In this document: one piece after another, positions 35,172 through 45,800 of the stretch
How positions within the stretch are numbered: the first letter of the stretch is position 1
Layout of the letters: every line of letters starts with the position of its first letter
NCBI GenBank assembly: GCA_024137785.1
Contig: JAHRHZ010000025.1
Location: forward strand, 22,986,219-23,050,218
DNA length: 64,000 nt
Source of the DNA: Ginglymostoma cirratum
Lineage: Eukaryota
Direction of reading: 5' to 3'
Position numbers and translations under genes: made by a program
Notes under the pieces: model-generated
What the model was told of the DNA's origin: nothing
Seen by the model: the letters and a program-made list of their open reading frames with translations, nothing else
The model's database searches: none

Positions 35172-36732
35172 TATGCTGGGAGAAGGGGATGGGAGCTCAG
35201 AAGTGAATGGGGATGGTTTGGTAGGGGGTAGGTAGGATGGTGATAAGTGGATGCATGTGGAGATTGGTCAGTGGGAAGGTTGGGGCATTTAGGAAGATGG
35301 ACAGGTTGTGTCAGGTTAAGGAGGCGAGGATGAGAGGGAGGGTAGGACATGGGATGAGGCCAGGGGTGGGTGGAGAGATTTTGAAGCTAGTGAATTCTAT
35401 GTTGAGACCATTGGGCTGTAGGCTCCCGAGGCGCAATATAAGGAGCTGTTCCTTCAATTTTAGTGTGGCCTTATTGTGACATTGGAGGAGGACCAAGATG
35501 TACCTGTCGCCAAGGGTGTGGGAAATGGAGTTGAAATGGCTGGCAACTGGAAGGTGATGTTGATTGGAGGGTACAGAGCACAGACGCTCCACGAATTGGT
35601 CACCAAGCCTGCACTTGGTCTCTCCGATGTAGAAGAGACCACATTGGGAGCAATGGATGCAATAGACCAGGCTAGAAGACGCTCAGGTGAATCCCTGTCC
35701 GATACGGAATGGTTGTTTGGGGCCTTGGATGGAGGTGAGGGGGGAGGTGTAGGGGCAGGTGTAGCACTTCCTGTGGTTGCAGGGAAAGGTGCCAGAGGTG
35801 GTGGGGTTAGTGGGGAGTGTTGAGGGGCTGAGGGAATCATGGAGAGCGTGGTCCCTACAGAAGGCAGATAGGGGTTGGGAGGGAAATATCTCTAGGGATG
35901 TGGGGTCAGATTGTAGGTGGTGAAAGTGGCGGAGAATGATGTGTTGGATGCAGAGGTTGGTGGGGTGATATGTGAGAACCAGGGGGATCTCTGTTCTTAT
36001 TGTTGTTGGGGGGAGGGTGTTTGAGGGCAGAAGTGTGGGAAATGCAGGAGATGTAGTTGAGGGCATTATGAATCATGGGAGAGGGGAAGTTACGGTCCTT
36101 GAGGTGGGAGGACATCAGTGAGTGTCTGGGAGTGGATCACTTCATCCCAGGAGCAAACGCGGTGGAGACGGAGGAATTGGGAGTATGAGATTGCATTTTT
36201 GCAGGAGGGTGGGTGAGAAGAGGTGTAGTCAAGGTAGCTATGGGATTTGGTGAGTTTGAAATAGATGTTGGTGCTGAGTTGGTTGTTGGAGATGGAGACG
36301 GCGACAGGAAGGGAGTGAGATGTCGGAGATGGTCCAGGTGAATTTGAGGTCTGGATGAAAGGTGTTGGTGAAGTGGATGAACTGTTTGAGCTCCTCATGG
36401 GAGCATGAGGAAGTACCGATACAGTCATTGATGTAGCAGAGGAAGAGGTGAAGGATGGTGCCAGTGTAACTGCGGAAGAGGGACTGTTCCATCTATCCTA
36501 CGAAGAGGCAGGCATAGCTCAGACCCATTCGGGTGCCCATAGCCACCCCCTTGGTTTGTAGGAAGTGGGTTGAGTTAACGGAAAAGTTATTGAGGGTGAG
36601 GACAAGTTCCACCAAGCGGATGAGAGTGTAGGTGGAGGGGGACTGTTTGGACTTATAGGAGAGGAAGAAGGGGAGGGCTTTTAGGCCCCCCTCATGGGGG
36701 ATACAGGACATTCAGTCTCTCTATACCTGCAT
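35172..36732 (-). mobile_element. Penelope-like retroelement (Neptune-type), 5'-truncated and degraded
   Basis: RT: LVELVLTLNNFSVNSTHFLQTKGVAMGTRMGLSYACLFVG*, LFLCYINDCIG, SHSYLDYTSSHPPSCKNAISYSQFLRLHRVCS. Cys-rich linker GTFPCNHRKCYTCPY (a Neptune-clade feature). GIY-YIG C-terminus PVASHFNS...LKEQLLILRLGSLQPNGLNIEF. Confidence 0.92.
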
Positions 36733-37131
36733 GCTGTGACCTGTGTAATCACTTCTCACAATCTTACAATCACAATCTTACACCCATGTCTTTCCAGTTT
36801 AAAAATAATCTTCATACATGAAAGTTGCCAGATATTAAATTTAAATGATGCAAGTTAAAACTTGATAGTGGTAAAAATGGACTATCAAAAACCTCTGAGT
36901 GATGGTGCTTTGGAAGCTTAATACAGTTATGCATAGATCATCATCCCCTTCAGCCCCTGGAGGGACTAACCTCTGATGCAGTATTACATAGTTAGAATGA
37001 TCATGGAGACATTTCCTAGGCTGTGTTATGAGGTTCTACCAGATTTACACCAGCACCTAAACAAGACTCTGATATAACTGCCTGTCAATTTTAAGTTATA
37101 GTTACTGAGGTTGGCCAGGGCTATTGACTGG

Positions 37132-37317
37132 AGTCAATAAATATGGAGCTGAAAAAGCGCAGCAGGTCAGCCAGCATCTGAGGAGCAGGGAAGTCAATGT
37201 TTTGGGCCAGAAATGTTGACTTCCCTGCTCCTTGGATGCTGTCTGACCTGGTGTACTTTTTCTGCCCCACATTTATGTTCTCTAGCTTCCAGCATCTGCA
37301 GTCCTTACTGCCTCCAA
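37132..37317. mobile_element. Fold-back PLE terminal-repeat insertion with TSD
   Basis: Inverted arms at about 37137-37203 and 37210-37276. Imperfect TSD GCTATTGA(C/T)TGG at 37120-37131 and 37318-37329. Confidence 0.82.
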
Positions 37318-38065
37318 GCTATTGATTGGGCCTTTGTGACATTCTACAGCTAATTGCAAAGTGCATATTTGGACTGGGATTATAAAGATTTTCATTCAGT
37401 ATATGTGCAGTTCTATTGCAATGATAAACCTCATCTCTTGAAGGTAGATTCACAGCATACTGGGCAATATTGTGAATTTTTGATGCTTCGTCGATCTGTT
37501 ATTTTCAGTTTCAAAAACAAAAAAAAAAGCAAGGTCAGGATGACTTCTGGGTGACAAGGGAAACCTATTGTGATGGGCTATGGCTCCTCTTCATTGGACT
37601 GTCAATACTGCACAGGACCCCACAAGCTACCACAACGCTAAGCACTGAACAAGCAATTGGGTCAAAAGATGTCTTTGGCTTCTGTTTAGATCCAGGATAA
37701 CTCATGGTCTGCACCCTACATGTGGTTTGAACTGAGCTAGTGTGATGTGTACTTCTAAAAACAGGAAAGGATTAATGACCAAGTTTTCTGTGGTTGCCAG
37801 AGATTGGATCACTCTGCTGATGCTGTAGCCCTTAAAGTACAAGAAGTAGGTGCAGAGTAAAATGTTTCGATAGACATTTCAGAGATAGATTCATTTGATG
37901 CATTTCTACAAATGAATATCACTCAAATACATACTGCCTACAAATAAATCCTTAAAATATGCAAAATAAAAACCAAAAGAGCTGCGGATGCTGTAAATCA
38001 GGAACAAAAACAAAGTTGCTGGAAAAGCTCAGCAGGTCTGGCAGCAACTGTGGAGGAGAAAACAG

Positions 38066-38103
38066 AGTTAACGTTGCGGGTCCTGTGACCCTTCCTCAGA
38101 ACT
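38066..38103 (-). ncRNA. Minimal hammerhead motif (one core mutation) in the Neptune terminal repeat
   Basis: AGTT-CTGAGGA-A-GGGTC-ACAG-GACCC-GCAAC-GTT-AACT. The inverted copy (38758-38795) reads AGTT-TTGAGGA-A-GGGTC-ACCG-GACCC-GAAAT-GTT-AACT. The consensus of the two is an intact core. Confidence 0.75.
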
Positions 38104-38630
38104 GATGGTGGCTGGGAAAACCTCAGTTTATATGTAGAAAATAGTGAGGTGGGTGGGCTAGGGATTAAACAATAGGATAGAGCCCAAAGAGAGAGAAAGA
38201 CAGTTGGACAGACAAAGGAGTTGCTAACGATCAGGCTGGGAGGGTGAATAGTTGTTAATGGGGACTGTTAGTGACTAACAACAGGGGGTGTGTAGTGGCA
38301 GGCTATGTGGTAACAAGGCCTGGTGTGTGGGGTGGGGGGCTGGGACATGGGAGAGTTTAGGCCCTAAAATTATTGAACTCAATATTGAGTCCGGAGTGCT
38401 GAAGGGCCCCAAGCGGAAAATGAGGTGTTGTTCCTCCAGCTTGCGCTGGGCTTTACTGGAACACTGTAGCAAGCCGGAGACAGAGATGTTGGCCAGGGAG
38501 CAGGGTGGTACATTGAAGTGGCAGGTAACAGGTAGTTCAGGGTCTTTTTTGCGAGCAGAATGTAGATGTTCTGCAAAGCGGTCGCCAAGTCTACGCTTCG
38601 TTTCCCCAGTGTAGAGGAGACCACATTGTG

Positions 38631-38722
38631 CTCCTATGATGCTGCGTGACCTGCTGTGTTCATCCAGCCCCATGCTTGTTATCTCAGATTCTCCAGCATC
38701 TGCAGTACCTTTTATCTCTGAT
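38631..38722 (+). mobile_element. Short PLE terminal-repeat element nested in the GIY-YIG coding region
   Basis: CTCCTATGATGCTGCGTGACCTGCTGTGTTCATCCAGCCCCATGCTTGTTATCTCAGATTCTCCAGCATCTGCAG. 8-bp TSD ACATTGTG at 38623-38630 and 38723-38730 splits the CSQC codons. Confidence 0.88.
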
Positions 38723-39712
38723 ACATTGTGAGCATTGTGGTTTTCCCAGCCACCACCAGTTTTGAGGAAGGGTCACCGGACCCGAAATGTTAACTCTGTT
38801 TTCTCCTCCACAGATGCTGCCAGACCTGCTGAGCTTTTCCAGCAACTTTGTTTTTGTTCCTTAAAATATACATATCCCTTGCATTCTGTTCAAAATCACA
38901 GGTCAAGGGGCCAAATAATTAACGATATATCCTTTGTCCTTGCTGATATACCTGCAGCAGCTGTTGGTCTCGAGCTTGAGGTGACCTGTGTCTGTGAGTC
39001 AGCTCTATACACTGAGCATACGTTCAGCCTGATGGAGCTCTCAATACAATTCTGTTCTGATCATCATCACCTTCGCCTTGAAAGCAGGAACTGGAATTTT
39101 TAGCCCATCTAGGTTGCCTTGTCATATCAGAGTCATTGTGGTTTGCATAATATCCTTACCCTTCAAAGCTGGCTAATTACACTAATTCTGAGCCACTTTA
39201 AAGAATTTTGCAAGTATTGAGCCATCCTTTACAAATATTCCAGTGAGTTATAATTTATAAACCTCATTTGGCTCTGTCCTGATGTACACACCTTTGTAAC
39301 TACACAACCTTTATCCTATTTTAGGCCACTCAAGGGCCTGCAGTTCTGTAACGTCCTTTTACTCAGTCTCAGTCCATATTAGTTCCTCATCAACATTATC
39401 TGGGCTAGTCCATGCAAGGGAGAAGTCGAGTTCTCACAATGTTGCTTTTTTCCAACTTAAAGATCCCACACAAGCAAAATAGTACCAATAATAGAGATTG
39501 AAGAATAAATATGGAAATTGGGCTTCCTGTGGAAAAGTGACCTCTCTGTTCCTTCCTACCTCCTGTGAAGGCTTCCCACGCTAAATCTGAGAGTTTAGAA
39601 GTGTTCTATTTGACCTGCTGCTCCATTGAGCTGATCCTCCTGCTTAGAAGCTCTTTCACAGCCACTTTGAGCTACTGTTACACTCTTGTGACACACTTGA
39701 GACTCTTGCAAG

Positions 39713-40048
39713 GAGAGGCAATAGCCTGATGGTATTGCCACTGGAATATTATTCCGGAGATCTAGGTAATGTTGTGGGACCCTGGTTCAAATGCTGATAT
39801 GGTGGCATTTCAATTCAATAAAAATCTGGAATTAAGAATCTAATATTGATCATGAAACTGTTGTTAAATGATGGGGGAGAAACCCATTCAATTTGCAATG
39901 TCTTTTAGGGGAGGAAGCTGCCATCGTGAACTGGTCTGGCCTGCATGTGACTCCAACATGGTTGACTCTTAAGTGCCCTTTGGGCAATTAGGGATGAGCA
40001 ATGAATGATGACATAGCCAGTGATACCTACATTCCTTGAATTAATGTT
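39713..40048 (+). mobile_element. tRNA-derived SINE with a LINE-derived 3' tail
   Basis: Head GGCAATAGCCTGATGGTATT...CCCTGGTTCAAAT. Tail GGGCAATTAGGGATGAGCAATGAATGATG is shared with LINE ends at 52372-52440 (minus) and 57308-57388. Confidence 0.7.
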
Positions 40049-40410
40049 TACAAAAGAGATGCAGCTGCACTTGAAGAACTGTAGACGTCATAATAGATGT
40101 TAAGCTTAAAACAAACCTAAGTACCTCTTAAACATGAAGCCACTCAGCAGTGTGTTTCACATTGGACTGTATTCATGTAGCCGAGTGGATAGCGTGAAGT
40201 TTTTAGGCATGGGGTAATCACACGTTTGTGATCCATGTACTTATTAATGAGTGTTATTTTTATCCTCTAGTGTCTGTAATAAGTTAAGGCATTAATTAAT
40301 CTCTAATTCGTATTATCCAGCTTAACATTCAATGTAAGGCCACTAAAATACATACATCCCACTGTGTGACATGTGGTTGACTGGATGTCTGTTCACATTT
40401 GCAGGAGAAT

Positions 40411-40911
40411 TTAATTTGAATTTGGACCTAATGTGGAGGCCGGTTTACCTTTGCTGACCTGTTGAATGATGGCGATCATTGTTCCTGGGCTAGAACTGTT
40501 TACAATGATGTATTTCTTCAAAAATCTTAGCAAGAAATTGATTGTCCCACCTAAGCTGTGGAGTATGAATCTTACTCTGTCCATTGTGCTCAACCTCAAG
40601 AGATGCTCGGCTTGAGAATAACTACAAATCACAGACCAAACAGCCGATGCTGACAAACTGTTAAACAATGGGGAAGGTTTTTCCAAATGGTGGCAGTGAA
40701 GATCTTGGGAAGGAAATGGACATGGATCACCAGAGGAGATGACCCAATAGTTAGGTGTGCGGTAACAATGCCAGCCTGCTGTAAATAGTTTGCAGTCAAA
40801 GTAAGGATGGGGAGAGAAATGTAATTCAGATGAAACTATACCAAAATATCTTTGTGCTGGCACAGGAAACTGAGCACAAATCGCTAGCAACCCAGAAAAT
40901 AAGTACTCCAC
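40411..40911 (-). pseudogene. Highly decayed HARBI1-like (PIF/Harbinger DDE) transposase fragment
   Basis: LAICAQFPVPAQRYFGI...AGWHCYRTPNYWVISS...RFILHSLGGTINFLLRFLKKYIIV is collinear with the Harbinger motifs VCARFPGSCHDAFIL...GWLLGDKGYPL..WLMTP...RFRCLDRSGGALQY...IIV. Catalytic acidic residues appear lost. Confidence 0.5.
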
Positions 40912-41716
40912 TCCAAGTGCAAGATAAATGCCAGCTCTTCAACTTGGTCTCATGTGCATTGGAACTGACTCCTGTTACCTAAATAAATGACATTGTTTGC
41001 ACTCAGCAGCAGGAAGCTATTAATTTTCTCTCCTCTTACGGGGCAGAATGGGATAGATTGTTTCAATTTGTTAGCTGGCATATTCTTACCACCAGGCTGT
41101 TGCAAATCACGATGACCTGCTTGCTCGGACTATTAGGCGATTTGTTGACCAAAACCATAATCTAAATGAGTGGAAATTTGAAAGACACAGGCAGTTATAA
41201 TTTAGTGATAAAAATTAAATCCTGCAAACAGGTCTGCAGCTGAGAAATACAAGAGGAAGAGACTGACATGACCAGGTGTGATTGGAATTTAAGACAGAAT
41301 GTAAGCCAAAGGTGGGATTAAAATATTTTTTGAGGGCTGCCACAGTTACACCTAGGTAAGGACATGATCTGGGTTAAATTTCAGTCCGGTTGAGGAACTG
41401 TAACTGAGAATTAAATACAAACATTAGCCTCCATTCTGCACAGGGAATTATGACTCATCCAAACAGTGATATAGATAACTCATATATAGATGAGTAACCT
41501 GAATTTTGTAACCGATAGCGACATCATGCTAATACCCTTCAACGTATATTGTTCTATTCTTCACACTAATCTGAAGGTAAAGAGCCATTCTCTGAACTTC
41601 CACAGGCTGTAACTTTGGCAGGTTGTGTTGGGATCTACTTGATTATACTTTCCCAACATTGGTGTATGCAGGGTCAGGGAGAGGGAAATTATATTAGCAT
41701 GTTGTAGATGGAATCA

Positions 41717-42860
41717 TGGGTGGGACTGTGGCACAGTGGTTAGTAATGCTGCCTCACAATGCCAGGGACTTGGGTTTGATTCCAGCCATGCGTGGCTGTC
41801 TGTGTGGAGTTTCCAAGTTCTCCCCGTGTCTGTGTGGGCTTCCTCTGGGTGCTCTGGTTTCCTCCTACAGTCCAAAGATGGGCAGGCTAGGTGGATTGGC
41901 CATGCTAAATTGCTCCGTAGTGTCTAGAGATGTGCAGGCTAGGTTGATTAACCAGGATGGCACAGAGGTGTCTCCTGTATGGGCTGCTGCAGCACTGTCT
42001 TCATTTGATGCTTTTGGACATGCCTTGGTGTGCCATTTTGGCCTCCAGTGGTGGAGATCCCCAATGGAAAGGCCCTATACATAGGGGTTCTCCCCTTTTC
42101 CATTAGGGATCTGGGGTGGAGAGTGCTGCATGCAGAGGGTCCTGTGCAACTGCAGTTTGCATCATTTCACCAGGTGCCTAGCCACATGCTGTTTTCGTGG
42201 GCTGGATGAGATTGTGTTCCATGTTTATGTCACGTGTTCGTGTTTCCAGCTCCTCTTTAGGTATTTGAAGGGGCTGCTCCTTATGTTTTGGTTACACTTC
42301 GGACCCATGCTCCTGATCTACTAGCACATGGTGTGGGCAGGGGCAAACCAGTCAAGTGGCCTTCTCGTGGTTCTGCTCCTGGGCCTGGCCATGCTGGCCA
42401 TCAACAGGTCCAGTCAGTGGGCCATGGAGGGGCTTGTTCCTGACTGTCTGTTCCTCTTTTATGGTTATGTCCGTGCTCGGGTGTCCCTGGAAAGGGAGCA
42501 TACGGTGCTCACTGGCACAGTCAAGGCTTGTCAAGACCAATGACACCTTGGGGGCTGGAGTGCCTCATTGGCCCAGATGGTATCATTCTGATTTAGTAAG
42601 GTTCTGTAAGTTTCCATTTGACATCTTTGTTTGTGTTTGATTTTAAAACAACGCCCCTGCAAAGGCTGTTACACTACTATTCATTTTTGGATTCCCTGAA
42701 CAAATCTAGGGAGATTTATTCTGTCTTTTAACCCCTTGTTGTCCCTGTTCCTGGAGTGTTTAATGGAGGCAGTTCAAAAGAGTTGGGATGCTCTTCGGAG
42801 GGCCGTCGCAAACTCAATGGGACGAATGGTCTCTATCTGCACTGCAGGGATTCTATGAAT
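41717..42860 (+). mobile_element. HE1-type SINE split by a Tx1 insertion (41717-41953 and 42783-42860)
   Basis: The 5' part has A/B boxes and the V-domain. The SINE tail GGGATGCTCTTCGGAGGG...AATGGTCTCTATCTGCACTGCAGGGATTCTATGAATC resumes at about 42783. Confidence 0.85.
41955..42782 (+). mobile_element. Tx1/L1-clade non-LTR retrotransposon, ORF2 C-terminus and 3' UTR
   Basis: LLYGLLQH...DMPWCAIL...PQWK...IRDLGWRVLH...CCFRGLDEIVFHVYVTC (zf-RVT-like C..C...E...H...C)...LLLGLAMLAINRS...YVRARVSLEREH. Confidence 0.85.
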
Positions 42861-45800
42861 CAACGCTTCAGGTTGAGTACTGCCTTCTTGCAGGAGTTGC
42901 CCAGGCCCCACTCATGACCTTGGTGCTGCTTCAGTTGGTCCTTAAGCCAAAGGCCCTAGTCCAAGTTTTTTTTTCTCCCACTCGTTATTTTCTTCTTTGA
43001 GGATCTTTAATTGCCTGGAGGCCTCTCTCAGTTAAACTGTTCGCAGTGAGGAACCACTCCCAGCTCCAGTGGTGACTCCTTGTGAGCCCGCTCCCTGTGT
43101 GCCTCCCATCCCCTGACCCCCAGGGAGGGTCCCGCTGCCTCTTTGGAAAACAGCTTGTCTCACTTCACTGGGCACTTTTGCTGTCCTGTCAATGATAAAG
43201 TCCTTTTCCATTGGTGTCTTAGGAAACTGTTCTCACTAGCCCTGTCCATCTCATGTCATTTACCTTCTTTGCATCAAGCCCCACCATCTATTAGGCTTCT
43301 CAGGAACTCCGAGAGGCTATGGATTTTCAACATAACCAAGCAACAGTGATGTAGGACGCCATGAAGATTCTTTTGGGTGGCACCATCACAATCAGAAGTG
43401 ACTGGCTAATTGGCCAGGAGATAATTTTCATTTTAAGCTGCATTATGGATCATATATGATTTGGGATTTTACAGGTTAATTCATAAATAACATGCTTACA
43501 TTTAAACAGCGAAAAGGATTCAAGCGACTAGACAAAAAGAGATTGCTATATTAATGAGACTGCCAATTAAGCTCATGCCCACAATGAACTGGGAAATAGG
43601 GGGTTTGTTATCTGATTTCGACAATTTCTACGAGGCATTTATCCATAAAATGGTGCAGGAACAATCTTCCTACATTCACAACATGGGTTTATCTTAGGAA
43701 TTTAATTGACAGTGCTTCAGCTCAAGCCCTGGGCAGGGAAGAAGTCAGGGCTAAAATTACCAAACAACCTTCTCAGCAGTAACACATGAAAGAACTGCAT
43801 GTGGTTGGGATGCAAACAGAATCTGCTCATGGAGAGAGTTGGGCCCTAGGCCTGTCAACCTAAAGAAGGTTACAAACTGTTCCAGAGAAGGTGGTCTGAA
43901 TGTGGTGATAATGGTGAGCCACGGAGATTGTAATATTGCATTATCTGAGATACATCATTCAGTTTATTTTCTTTATGCAATGGAGAAACTGTTCACAGTT
44001 AAAGTAGGGTGACAATTTGAGATGTTCTGTTGTGCTGTGCAATCACTTACTGCAATTAAAGCAGTTTAATTCTTCATACTGAGCCTCTTCTGAATGCAAT
44101 GATAACTATTGTGGTGTATGATAGATTGGAGGTGTGCATTCAAGAACAGGTGCAAGGATTATGACATCCAATTTGTATAAGTAGATATTGTTGCACTCAC
44201 TGAGAAATGCTGTTGTATGTCTGGATATTGGGTAGCAAAAATAGATTACTGATAGTGAGGACACATAAACCTATTTACAGAGGAGCCCAATGACGTTAAT
44301 AAACATGAAGTTTGGAACTGGCAGATGTGTGTGTATATATATATTATATATTTGAGACATCCAATAACTCAATTTAAATAAAACCCCCTCTTTTACTGCT
44401 CTTTTGTTTTCTGGTTATCAGATTGAAATCAGATGGTAGATTAGAACTGTGTACTGGCTGCCAGGAAATGCACAGGTAGCTTGTTTGCTCATGTGCCTTC
44501 CGGTGTTCCCCTGCCCCCTATAGAGTAAGTGTGGCGCTGCCAATCAGCAGCTTTTGTGACATCAGAAACTCTCAAATGAGTCTCCTAATGCCTGTCCTTA
44601 TCTTTTAAAGATTCTGATGCTTATCGCATTTGTTTATTGCCAGAAGTGTTACATCTTTTCACAGCCTTTGTAATCTTTCATCTAACCTGAGGAAGTGACA
44701 AGCATCCCATCTTCTTCCCTCATACACCCAAGGCATTGAGTGATTTGAAATATATTTGTGGGCAATCTGACTTTACTGTCTTTACCATCTATTTTCTTAA
44801 ATTGAAATAAATTTAAATTAATTAAAGAAGTTCCCCACATCCTGGCTCTGAACTAGAATTAGTGTACTAAAGGAATAGTTGTACACTCCTTGACCACATT
44901 GGGACCCCATTGGTCCCAAGGTGATCTCAGTGACGCTACATCTAATGTGGGGGAAAATGAAAATAAAGCTATTCAGGATAAAATCTCTCAGATTACTTAT
45001 AAATTATGTACTAAATGCGTCTTTTTATCTGGAGTGGTACCCATTTTGTATAGCAGCAATGCACAGAATCTGCCTCAGTTTAAGGTGACAGCCAGACAGG
45101 GGGAGATACAAGTTCCTGCTTTCCTTTCTGCAGGACTGTCAGTCACTAGGTTGATAATGGGGACTCGCAGGATGGAGACTTCGAAAAGGGTTGAAGCACA
45201 GCACGCCCACAGAAGTGGTGCAGAAAATTGCAGCTGAAGCCACCTTTAGTCTTTCACATCGGTGGGGGTGACCGGGCTCAAGTGGAGGCTTTGTCTCTCG
45301 CCGTTTAACTCAGCTGCCTGCCTGCTGCTCAATATCATGGCCTGTCCTTGCAGCTGTCTGCAGTAATCCCCTGCTAAGACAAGCCACATCATCTCTAACC
45401 TCTAAGCATCGGCTCCTGTTGGTGTTCATTTGTACTTTTCAACTGTTTCTTCAACCATGGAAGGAAAGTTCTTCACGGGCTAAAGCCCTGCTTTAATATA
45501 CACACTTAAACACTTAAACCAATTACTAGCATGCGTGAATGGGCTTTTCTTATGCTGCCTGAATGCAAAGCAAACTTGCAATAAGATTAGCTAATTGCTA
45601 TGTAAACCATTTAGCCTCTCTGGTTTTGAATTGGATTTAAGATCAATGCGCCTACAACTCAGTTTCCTGATACACTATTATTAAAATCCCTGGCTCAGAT
45701 GTTACAATATAATGATTTATTCATATCCACTTATAAGTGCCCTAAATTACCAACGCCTCCCTCCCCCACACACATATGAATCAGTAGTGGGCTTATGTCT

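Larger units (their letters stand above)
37961..38861 (-). mobile_element. Neptune-type PLE 3' fragment (GIY-YIG + terminal repeat) with an inverted terminal repeat at its 5' end
   Basis: CSQCGLLYTGETKRRLGDRFAEHLHS...LPVTCHFN...RKLEEQHLIFRLG. Terminal repeat 37968-38125 (minus) and inverted copy 38739-38861 (plus). 12-bp TSD TCCTTAAAATAT at 37949-37960 and 38858-38869. Confidence 0.93.
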
